A stretch of DNA of 64,000 nucleotides from Actinomycetes bacterium (lineage in GTDB: Bacteria; Actinomycetota; Acidimicrobiia; Acidimicrobiales; JABEUL01). The stretch is from NCBI GenBank assembly GCA_021791915.1, contig JAJYVQ010000002.1, forward strand, positions 434 through 64,433, read 5' to 3'. The position numbers and the translations under genes are program-made. Shown here piece after piece: positions 53,613 through 61,284 of the stretch. The first letter of the stretch is position 1; each line of letters begins with the position of its first letter. The notes under the pieces were generated by a model. That model searched no databases. It worked only from the letters and a program-made list of their open reading frames with translations, and was not told the DNA's origin.

Positions 53613-53651
53613 CTTTTCTTTGATACTTTTCTTTGATACTTTTCTTTAATC
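53613..53651. repeat. intergenic tandem repeat, 13-bp unit x3 (cttttctttgata)
   Basis: Direct reading, 19 nt upstream of the secE start. Confidence 0.9.
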
Positions 53652-53712
53652 GTTCTCTGTTTTCGCTCATACTTAGCCAATATTAATATCAATTAAAACG
53701 TAGGTCAAATTG

Positions 53713-53785
53713 CAGGGCAGGAGGGACTCGAACCCCCAACCCCCGGTTTTGGAGACCGGTGCTCTACCAATTGAGCTACTACCCT
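53713..53785 (-). tRNA. trpT: tRNA-Trp (anticodon CCA)
   Basis: Hand-folded cloverleaf AGGGTAG...CTCCAAA anticodon loop...TTCGAGT T-loop...CTGCCCT-G. No CCA end is encoded. Confidence 0.9.
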
Positions 53786-53880
53786 ATCTTTAAATGTTGC
53801 AATCTCAATTAATACATTTAACATTTTTCTTTTTTACTGCAAGTATATTTATGTTATTAATGTATATTGATTGATCAGAT

Positions 53881-54045
53881 TTACTTTGTCTCTTTGTGCA
53901 GGGTATGGGTTCTGTCCCATTGACAATATTTTTTCATTTCAATTCGACCCGAATCGTTATTTTTATTTTTGGTTGTAATATAGTTTCTTCTCTTGCAAAC
54001 CTCACAAGCAAGAGTCACATGTATTCTTTTTACATTTTTAGCCAT
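53881..54045 (-). CDS. rpmG: 50S ribosomal protein L33 (not in the ORF track)
   Basis: Hand translation gives [54 protein letters not shown] followed by a stop. Confidence 0.9.
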   Translation of the reverse strand: MAKNVKRIHVTLACEVCKRRNYITTKNKNNDSGRIEMKKYCQWDRTHTLHKETK

Positions 54046-54073
54046 ACTCTATCTCACTTTCTTTAGTTTTTAG

Positions 54074-54147
54074 TAGCGGCGGCGGGACTCGAACCCGCGA
54101 CCTCACGATTATGAGCCGTGCGCTCTTACCAGCTGAGCTACGCCGCC
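54074..54147 (-). tRNA. metT: tRNA with a CAT anticodon, most likely elongator tRNA-Met (tRNA-Ile2 not excluded)
   Basis: Hand-folded: GGCGGCG acceptor stem, GCTC/GAGC D stem, CTCATAA anticodon loop, GCGGG-TTCGAGT-CCCGC T arm. It lacks the initiator-type GGG/CCC anticodon stem. Confidence 0.8.
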
Positions 54148-54242
54148 GTAAATACCCGACAGCCTTTAGTAACTTTAGGATATAAATTCATCAAATCAAT
54201 ATTTCCTATAAATTAAATCTCCTGAGCCCATTAAATCTCCTG

Positions 54243-54315
54243 AGCCCCCTGTCAGAATCGAACTGACGACCCCAGCCTTACCATGGCTGTGCTCTGCCTA
54301 CTGAGCTAAGGAGGC
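54243..54315 (-). tRNA. thrT: tRNA-Thr (anticodon GGT)
   Basis: Hand-folded: GCCTCCT acceptor stem, CAGCC-ATGGTAA-GGCTG anticodon arm, TTCGATT T-loop. Confidence 0.88.
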
Positions 54316-54491
54316 AAAAATCGCTTAAATGTTTATTTTTGAAAAGATCTTAAAATTACTAAAATTTAGCGTAACTTATAGTTTAGCCCATTAATAACTA
54401 GTTTAAATTATAGAATATGCTTATAAAGCGTCGTACTATCAAAATATTAGTTTTAAAGTTAGGTAAATAGTTGAGAAAGAAACCAATTTAG

Positions 54492-55001
54492 ATGACATAT
54501 ATTGTAAGACTCGCAGAAAACAAAGATCTTCCCGGGATATTGGATATTTATAACTTCGAGATACTAAACACAAAAAATACGTTTGATTTGGTTCCGAAAA
54601 CCTTAAGTCAGCAAAAACAGTGGCTCTACGATAGAAGTGGAGTATATCCAGTTTTAGCCGCCATTGAAATTGAAAACGGCAGAGAACACCGATTAGCAGG
54701 ATTTGCCGCACTGTCCCCTTATAGACACAGACCAGCGTACGCCACTACCGTTGAAAACTCAGTATACGTAGACATTAAACACCGAAGAAGAGGTGTCGGG
54801 AACTTACTTTTAGAAAATCTAATATTACGGGCAAAAGAACACGGTTTTCATTCAATAATCGCTCGCATAAATTCAAATAATCTCGAATCACAAAAACTTC
54901 ATGAAAAGCTAAATTATAAAAAAATCGGCATAGAAATAGAAGTCGGAAGAAAGTTTGGCAAATGGATAGACATTATTTCCTATCAAAAACTGCTTAAATA
55001 A
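54492..55001 (+). CDS. GNAT N-acetyltransferase, phosphinothricin / methionine-sulfoximine acetyltransferase (PAT) family-like
   Basis: The family pattern runs across the full length: IRLAENKDLPGILDIYN..., RHRPAYATTVENSVYV, RRRGVGNLLL, HSIIARINSNNLESQKLHEKL and GRKFGKWIDI. Confidence 0.75.
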   Translation: MTYIVRLAENKDLPGILDIYNFEILNTKNTFDLVPKTLSQQKQWLYDRSGVYPVLAAIEIENGREHRLAGFAALSPYRHRPAYATTVENSVYVDIKHRRRGVGNLLLENLILRAKEHGFHSIIARINSNNLESQKLHEKLNYKKIGIEIEVGRKFGKWIDIISYQKLLK

Positions 55002-55002
55002 A

Positions 55003-55024
55003 AAATAGTCAGAATTAACTATTT
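55003..55024. terminator. bidirectional hairpin terminator between the convergent GNAT and GT-C genes
   Basis: AAATAGT-cagaatta-ACTATTT. On the minus strand it is followed by TTTTTTATTT. Confidence 0.5.
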
Positions 55025-55035
55025 ACGCCAGTTGC

Positions 55036-56685
55036 TTATATCTTGGCTAAGTCGCCTTTTTTTTCCTCCTCTCGCATAGTCTTTAAAACATGCGAAACTT
55101 TTCTAGCGGGCTTGATTAGCGGTATCAGTAACAAAATAATTAGTGCTAAAAAAGATGGCAAAACAAAAAGTAAATTTGCATTTTCCAGCTGCCCTACAAG
55201 ACCTCTAGCTCCAGGTAAGCCCACAAAGGATGACACAATTGAAAGTCCAGCAAAAAGATATTTCATTCTTCCTTCAAGCACAAATGCTACTGTCATAATT
55301 CCCCAAGACAAATACCACGGTTGTACAACTGGATTTAAGACTACCAAAAATATCAAAGCAAAGGCCGTAGATCTTAGCCAATCCTTTTTGTGACTATTAA
55401 ATAATAAATAAGCCAACACCGCAACTGTTACCAACGTGGATAGATCATCCACAAAGTGCAACCAACCTAACCGACTTATCGGTAGAGACAGTAAGCTCGA
55501 AATATGAGCAAACAATATCGCCAGTCCCGTCACGGGTGCCATCCATGACACTACTGCATTTGGAGCGGATAGATTGTGAATCCATCCCCACCCAAGTCCT
55601 GTTGGCAAGGTTCCCAACTCCATTGTTATAAGCGATATTACCCCGGACAGTACCGAATAGGAAACTCGTGTTTTAATTGGAACTTCTCCTTTCTTCCAAT
55701 TCCATCCGATGAATCCGCAGACAATAATGGCAGGAACTTTAATAAGAGCACCAACTGAACAAAATATAATTCCCAATACCGGCATATCCTTTTTCGCAAA
55801 ATAAATTCCCGCAAACATAAAACCAACCATTAGTGCGTCGTTGTGAATGCCACCGATGAGGTGCAATATCACAATCGGATTCAATATGCCAAAAGCAAAA
55901 ATCGGCGAGGGGTCCTTTTTTATACGTCTAGATATTTTTGGGAAAAAGATTGCCGAAAGCACTACCCCAATAATTCCAATGGTCAGTCTCAAGCCCAAAA
56001 TGCCCCAGAGCTCTCTGTGCCCGACAGCTATCATCACTCCCGCAGCTATGTCCAAATCCAGCGGTCCATAAGGTACTGGTGTAAACTGCCAAAGTTTGTC
56101 TACTTGATCATAATAAGAGTTTGCGTTTTCGCCCAAAATGGCTACGCCGTGTTTGTAAGGACTGATATTTCTTGAAACCATTTCCCCTTGTCCAGCATAA
56201 GAATAGGAATCACGTGAAAATAACGGAGGAGAAATGATCAACGGCAAAATCCAAAGCGCCAACACAACCGCCAATGTCTTTATGGGAAAGTTATTAAGAA
56301 GTGAAATTCTCTTATATAGCATCCACCAAGCTCTCATAAAAACAAATAGGCCTCCGTATACCGCAATCATCCCTATAAACAAACCAGCAGACGGAGATGA
56401 CTTTGGATTTGAGATAATTGGGGCTGGTGCGATACCAAAAAACCAAGCACCGGGCTGTTTCAATGTAAAAGGCGAATCACTTTGAATTGATCCCAATACA
56501 ATCGCGACCAAAGCAAAAAATCCCAGAAAAACAGGATAAGCTATCTGAGAAAAAGCACTACCTAAAGTCGGACTAAATTCGACTGGTTCGGCATGCGGAT
56601 TTTCTTTGTTCCAAGCGGATTGAAAGTTATTAAAGCTTCTTATCAGCCTATTCTTTAATTCGCCTATTTTTAATATTTGGATCAA
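55036..56685 (-). CDS. polytopic membrane protein, GT-C-fold glycosyl/mannosyltransferase-like (MptA/MptB- or DUF2029-type)
   Basis: More than 10 predicted TM segments. The early loop motif PPLFSRDSYSYAGQGEMVSRNISPY resembles actinobacterial polyprenyl-phosphate-mannose-dependent mannosyltransferases. Confidence 0.5.
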   Translation of the reverse strand: MIQILKIGELKNRLIRSFNNFQSAWNKENPHAEPVEFSPTLGSAFSQIAYPVFLGFFALVAIVLGSIQSDSPFTLKQPGAWFFGIAPAPIISNPKSSPSAGLFIGMIAVYGGLFVFMRAWWMLYKRISLLNNFPIKTLAVVLALWILPLIISPPLFSRDSYSYAGQGEMVSRNISPYKHGVAILGENANSYYDQVDKLWQFTPVPYGPLDLDIAAGVMIAVGHRELWGILGLRLTIGIIGVVLSAIFFPKISRRIKKDPSPIFAFGILNPIVILHLIGGIHNDALMVGFMFAGIYFAKKDMPVLGIIFCSVGALIKVPAIIVCGFIGWNWKKGEVPIKTRVSYSVLSGVISLITMELGTLPTGLGWGWIHNLSAPNAVVSWMAPVTGLAILFAHISSLLSLPISRLGWLHFVDDLSTLVTVAVLAYLLFNSHKKDWLRSTAFALIFLVVLNPVVQPWYLSWGIMTVAFVLEGRMKYLFAGLSIVSSFVGLPGARGLVGQLENANLLFVLPSFLALIILLLIPLIKPARKVSHVLKTMREEEKKGDLAKI

Positions 56686-56734
56686 CTAATTAAGTTATTT
56701 AGGAAAAAATAAATTTATTTGTGAAGTCATTATG

Positions 56735-56817
56735 TGGGCCGAGTAGGATTCGAACCTACGTAGGCTTGCGCCGACAATTTTACAGACTGCTCCGTTTGGC
56801 CACTCCGGCATCGACCC
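56735..56817 (-). tRNA. tyrT: tRNA-Tyr (anticodon GTA, long variable arm)
   Basis: Hand-folded: GGGTCGA acceptor stem, CTGTAAA anticodon loop, long variable arm, GGTTCGAATCC T arm. Confidence 0.88.
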
Positions 56818-56914
56818 TTTAAATACTTTTATCAAATATTTTGAAAATTCTATATATATACAATAGTAGATCTAGATGATCTACTACTGCTCAAATTGGT
56901 ACTAAAGTTTTTTT

Positions 56915-57406
56915 ATGGCCAGTTTTGATATAGTATCCAAAATCAATCAGCAGGAAGTTAAAAATGCCATTGATCAAGTTAAGCGAGAAATAACCACTCG
57001 TTACGATTTCAAAGATACCGATTCAATCATTGAATTAAAAGGTCAAAATGAAATTTTTATTGAATCTGCAACTCACGAGCGACTGAATGCTCTCTTTCAG
57101 GTCTTACAGGAAAAATTAATTAAAAGAAGTATTTCACTTAAAGTTTTAGACCCCAAAGCAATTGAAGATGCCTCAAAATCTAGAGCAAAGCAAACAATTA
57201 ACTTAAAATCAGGAATCGATAAGGATACTTCCAAAATTATAATATCTAAAATCAAAGAACTAGGATTTAAGCAACTAACTACCAGCTTCCAGTCAGACCT
57301 TATACGTGTAACCGGTAAAAAAAGAGATGAACTGCAATCAGTAATTTCAGCCCTTAAGGACAGTGACCTTTCGATACCCTTACAATTTGAAAACTTTCGG
57401 GAATGA
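56915..57406 (+). CDS. yajQ: YajQ-family (UPF0234) nucleotide-binding protein
   Basis: MASFDIVSKINQQEVKNAIDQVKREITTRYDFK N-terminus. 163 aa. Confidence 0.85.
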   Translation: MASFDIVSKINQQEVKNAIDQVKREITTRYDFKDTDSIIELKGQNEIFIESATHERLNALFQVLQEKLIKRSISLKVLDPKAIEDASKSRAKQTINLKSGIDKDTSKIIISKIKELGFKQLTTSFQSDLIRVTGKKRDELQSVISALKDSDLSIPLQFENFRE

Positions 57407-57830
57407 ACTTTATATTATTTTCTTATGAGTCAAGAATTTTTAGACGAAATTTCAGAGTAGTCCGCCTAAAATAACTGGTTTTACGTACTTTAACTTACTT
57501 TCCGCACATGTAACTACGGTTTTACGCTCCCACCTGTTAATCATTTGTATAAGTTAGGTGAGATTCCAAGAAGCTCCAGAACCTGAAGTTGCAGTTTTGA
57601 TAGGTCGGGATGGAATATTTGGACAATTTTGCCATTTTTGTCATACAGGTAGTCTCGGGTTATTCCGTTGAATATTTCGAGTATTTAAGTTGCACTCGGC
57701 GCTTCACAAGTTCGCTCTTCTGGTTGATCTTTACGTCGTGGCAGGTATTTAATTGCCTTAAGTCCAATCAAGTTCGTGGTCGACAACATAGGTGGCAACT
57801 CCAAAAATTAGGTTAAAGCATTTCGATCAT

Positions 57831-57872
57831 AAAAAAAGTTTAGACCCTCAAATCAATTTCAAGGGTCTAAAC
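57831..57872 (-). terminator. rho-independent terminator of the pilin gene
   Basis: 11-bp stem GTTTAGACCCT/AGGGTCTAAAC. On the minus strand it is followed by TTTTTTT, 36 nt after the pilin stop. Confidence 0.85.
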
Positions 57873-57907
57873 CTACTTAGTTTTTCTTAGTTACGTTAGT
57901 TGTATAA

Positions 57908-58540
57908 CTACGCAGGTGGGAAACCTCCAGCTTGACCATTTGTCGATACAGTTTGACTTGCTGCCGGATTAGCAATATTACAACCAGCAGACTCAACTGT
58001 GGTACCACTTGTAAAATAAGTTGTGCCTTCAGGAATGTTAGCACTACCACCACTCATATCAAGGGATCCATACGTTACTGGAGAAGCAGACTTATTGACT
58101 ACAACAAAGTAACAAGCAGCAGATGCCTCTGACCAAGCTCCCAAAGCTATCGACTGACAACCGCCGTTTGAGGCACTATTACCGCAAGCATCTACCTGTA
58201 CAACACTATTTACATTAGCAAATGCACTAGTAATCGGATTGACAGTAAATATTAAACTAGGCTCCATTGACTGGAGCTCCGTTGTCGCTTGGCCCGAATC
58301 AGTTGCTCCAAAATTTCCGTTATCTTGAGTGTAGTCAGCAGACGCCTCAATAATGGCATTTCCTAAGTCGGATGCAGCACCTGTATTGTGAGCATTGTTA
58401 ATGATGCCCAAAAATGTCGGAATTGCAATAGCCAATAAAATTAATATAATGAGCATAACAACTAAAAGTTCAATCAATGTAAAACCAGATTCACCTGACT
58501 GCACTCTGTCGTTAATTCTCCTTTCTAAGTATTGTTTCAT
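57908..58540 (-). CDS. pilA: type IV pilin / pseudopilin (class III signal peptide)
   Basis: Prepilin cleavage and methylation motif ...SGESG/FTLIELLVVMLIILILLAIAIP. Confidence 0.88.
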   Translation of the reverse strand: MKQYLERRINDRVQSGESGFTLIELLVVMLIILILLAIAIPTFLGIINNAHNTGAASDLGNAIIEASADYTQDNGNFGATDSGQATTELQSMEPSLIFTVNPITSAFANVNSVVQVDACGNSASNGGCQSIALGAWSEASAACYFVVVNKSASPVTYGSLDMSGGSANIPEGTTYFTSGTTVESAGCNIANPAASQTVSTNGQAGGFPPA

Positions 58541-58851
58541 AAGTTTCCTTTCTATTTAATTACTATTAAACAATATTTTATTTATCGTCATCTATTTATC
58601 TGAACTTTAATATTTTCTATAAATCACCTCCAGCCGACAAGTATCATCTACTTCTGCTGTTTAAAACAACATTTTCGGTAAAACATCCATTTATCAACCA
58701 AACAACCTTAATTATTAGGTTTGTCCAAAATATTTCGGTTAAAACCCCTATTCAAACTCACTTTCAACTTCATGCCAAATAGTTTACAGCTAATCCGCTA
58801 ATAAATTACATTTTTGCAATTATTGATCACGCAAGCCTCTATTTTTCAGCC

Positions 58852-59454
58852 TTAACCGTTTGCAACTGGAGTAACAGAAGGTGCGATATAAATTAAGGCT
58901 TGAAAAGTCATACTCACAGTACCTGAAGCAACATATGTGTTACCGCTAAACTGACCGAGACTGATCGGGAAGCTAGTTAACACAATTAACCTTGGCACTT
59001 GTTGAGGAGGTTGAGCGGGTGCGTAATAAAGTGAAGGTATAAAGGTATTTTCAATCGAATTGAAAGAACCATTCACTGAAAAAGTTAATTGAACAGTATC
59101 GATTAAAGTGCCAGTAGTAATACCGCCGACACTAACACTGGTCACATTCACATTTGCAGCTTGTGACAAAGCATACAACTGATTTAAAACAGCAGCCAAA
59201 TCAATATTCTGTGGAACCGCTTGTTGGAACTGTTTTAATTTTGAAATAATGAAATTCCCATTATTTGCAAGTGCTTTTTCGGAATTCAACTGTGCCGTCA
59301 ACGACTGTTGTTGCGCAATTAAATTAGCTTTTTTCGTATCATTAGAGGAAACTTTAGAATTTACGGTTTGTATGCCGAGGAAATATATCAAAATTGCTAA
59401 AACTACCGTAGCTCCGATTGTAATTAACGTATTTCTATCTTTAAGTACTTTCAC
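58852..59454 (-). CDS. pilO: PilO-like type IV pilus assembly protein
   Basis: N-terminal TM segment, then a Q-rich coiled coil, then a C-terminal alpha/beta region. It sits immediately after pilM/N. Confidence 0.6.
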   Translation of the reverse strand: MKVLKDRNTLITIGATVVLAILIYFLGIQTVNSKVSSNDTKKANLIAQQQSLTAQLNSEKALANNGNFIISKLKQFQQAVPQNIDLAAVLNQLYALSQAANVNVTSVSVGGITTGTLIDTVQLTFSVNGSFNSIENTFIPSLYYAPAQPPQQVPRLIVLTSFPISLGQFSGNTYVASGTVSMTFQALIYIAPSVTPVANG

Positions 59455-59469
59455 TATTTTACTCCTATT

Positions 59470-61224
59470 TTAATTGTTGACTTGAAACTCTTTGTATCTA
59501 TTGCTTAAAGCAACCGTAGTAACATAAAAACTTGCATTAAATGTTATCGGTATATTAGAAGCAGCGGTACTTGCGCTTGAAGTTAACTCATTTGTTGCAG
59601 TTACAACAGGAGATGTAAACATCGGATCTTTATTCATTGATCCCAACCAATTACCCAAATCAGAATATCCATTAAGTCCGTAAACGGTCACAGTTAGAGA
59701 TGCAACCAGATCGCTTGGAGTTACTGGCTGTCCATTAGACGTTAAACTTGAAGTCGGTGACGAAGAACTAGTTGTACTTGTTATAGAAGCAGGTTCTGTT
59801 GCATTTGGACTGTAATCAGTAAAGCTAATAGTTGTAATATATTGATTGGGTAACAGATCCTTCTGAAGTTCCGAAACAACGGCTGGCCAGTTAACCTCAT
59901 ATTTGATGAGCGGAGTTAACGTCGTAACAAAACTATTTAGCTCTGAATTTTGAGAAGCAATTTTATTCAATGCCTTAACTTGAGACTGCAATTCACTATT
60001 TTGTACGGTCAAAGTATTAACATCGGACTTTGACGAAAAATATTGGAATACTCCGTAACCTAAATACACCAACAATACCAATATTACTAGAGCACATACC
60101 GTAACCACTCTTTTCCTGATTTTTGCAGCCGTCTGTTTTTCGGTAATTTCCTGCGGAAGCAAGTTTAACGGCTTCACCCCCGACGGCTCCGGAAGTGCCA
60201 ATCCCAAAACTGTAGTAAGTGTTGGTTCTAATTTAGCCAAATCCTCAGGCACCATCGCATAACCCGAAGTATCGATACCAGCCAACGGCCTCGCCATGAC
60301 CACAGGAACTCTAAGCGGTTGCTGGATTCTGGCTAAAAGTCCCTCAAGAAGCGATCCACCTCCAGTGACAATTACTCTTTGGATCTTTGAGTCTGAGGAT
60401 TGATTGTCAAAATAGTCGACGGAATTTTTTACTTCATTTACAAGGCTTGTGGTAGTTTGAATTGCGACATTTAAAGCAGTGGCATATTGTGGACCTGGCA
60501 ATGTCAAATTCCACTTTAGCCTCTCAGCATCTTCAAACGGAGAGTCTAACGATGCCGCTATCGCTTCGGTTACATTATCACCACCTTGACCAATAGTCCT
60601 TACAAATTTTGGTACCCCGTTTTCGTGCACAACTACTACAGTAAGTCCAGCACCGATTGAGACAATTGCCTCTGCACCTTGAATCGGATCCAATCCGATT
60701 GTTGCAGCCCTGATAATCGCCAAGGCCGACAAGTTCACTGCTATTGGATCTAGCCCTGCATCTACCAGCACCGAAAGCATAGGTTCTACTAATCCACGAT
60801 GCGCAGCTGCAATTAAAACTTTTTTGGCAATTGCTCCATCACTTTTTGTAATGTCACCAATTAACCTCGACGATAAAATCGCTTGTTCTGCCGGGAATGG
60901 AATAATTTCCTGTCCTTGAAATTTTATTACGCCCTCTAGTTCCTTATCTGGTACGTTTCCAATTTCAATATCTCTAATAATTGCTCGAAGTCCTGCCACA
61001 CCTACCGTTACTCGTTTAGTCGAAAAATCGCTTTCGGACCACAGATACTTTAACTGCTCCACTACAGCAGTTCTATTTACAATTTCACCGTCAACTACGG
61101 CTTTGGGGGGCAAAGGCATTTGACCGTAAGTTATCAATGCGGGATATTGTGCCCCGATTGACAGCTCAATTGCCCGGATTCCGCTCGTACCAATTTCAAC
61201 ACCTACAGTACGAAAACTTGCCAT
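59470..61224 (-). CDS. pilM: PilM-PilN fusion protein with an S/T-rich C-terminal extension
   Basis: Actin-like ATPase N-terminal half (GVEIGTSGIRAIEL ... VTGGGSLLEGL), a central TM segment (VVTVCALVILVLLVYLGYGVF), then a PilN-like coiled coil and an S/T-rich segment. Confidence 0.75.
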   Translation of the reverse strand: MASFRTVGVEIGTSGIRAIELSIGAQYPALITYGQMPLPPKAVVDGEIVNRTAVVEQLKYLWSESDFSTKRVTVGVAGLRAIIRDIEIGNVPDKELEGVIKFQGQEIIPFPAEQAILSSRLIGDITKSDGAIAKKVLIAAAHRGLVEPMLSVLVDAGLDPIAVNLSALAIIRAATIGLDPIQGAEAIVSIGAGLTVVVVHENGVPKFVRTIGQGGDNVTEAIAASLDSPFEDAERLKWNLTLPGPQYATALNVAIQTTTSLVNEVKNSVDYFDNQSSDSKIQRVIVTGGGSLLEGLLARIQQPLRVPVVMARPLAGIDTSGYAMVPEDLAKLEPTLTTVLGLALPEPSGVKPLNLLPQEITEKQTAAKIRKRVVTVCALVILVLLVYLGYGVFQYFSSKSDVNTLTVQNSELQSQVKALNKIASQNSELNSFVTTLTPLIKYEVNWPAVVSELQKDLLPNQYITTISFTDYSPNATEPASITSTTSSSSPTSSLTSNGQPVTPSDLVASLTVTVYGLNGYSDLGNWLGSMNKDPMFTSPVVTATNELTSSASTAASNIPITFNASFYVTTVALSNRYKEFQVNN

Positions 61225-61284
61225 AAAATTACTCCTCTTTAAATTTAAAAATTAACAAATAAAATTTCTAGTTGATATGTTCGT

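Noticed and set aside
16406-53651. Whether the many short direct repeats could be CRISPR arrays
   Set aside because: The units are directly adjacent with no unique spacers between them. They are only 13-18 bp long, there are 2-7 copies, and no cas genes are nearby. They are minisatellites, not CRISPR.
54439-54711. 90-aa minus-strand ORF overlapping the GNAT gene
   Set aside because: It is antisense to a well-supported PAT-family GNAT and has no motifs.
55043-56485. Multiple plus- and minus-strand ORFs overlapping the GT-C membrane protein gene
   Set aside because: The 549-aa polytopic ORF explains the region. The others are nested shadow ORFs.
57610-57816. 68-aa plus-strand ORF between yajQ and the pilin gene
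   Set aside because: It has no Shine-Dalgarno sequence and no recognisable family. The opposite strand has a more protein-like, although interrupted, frame (reported separately at low interest).
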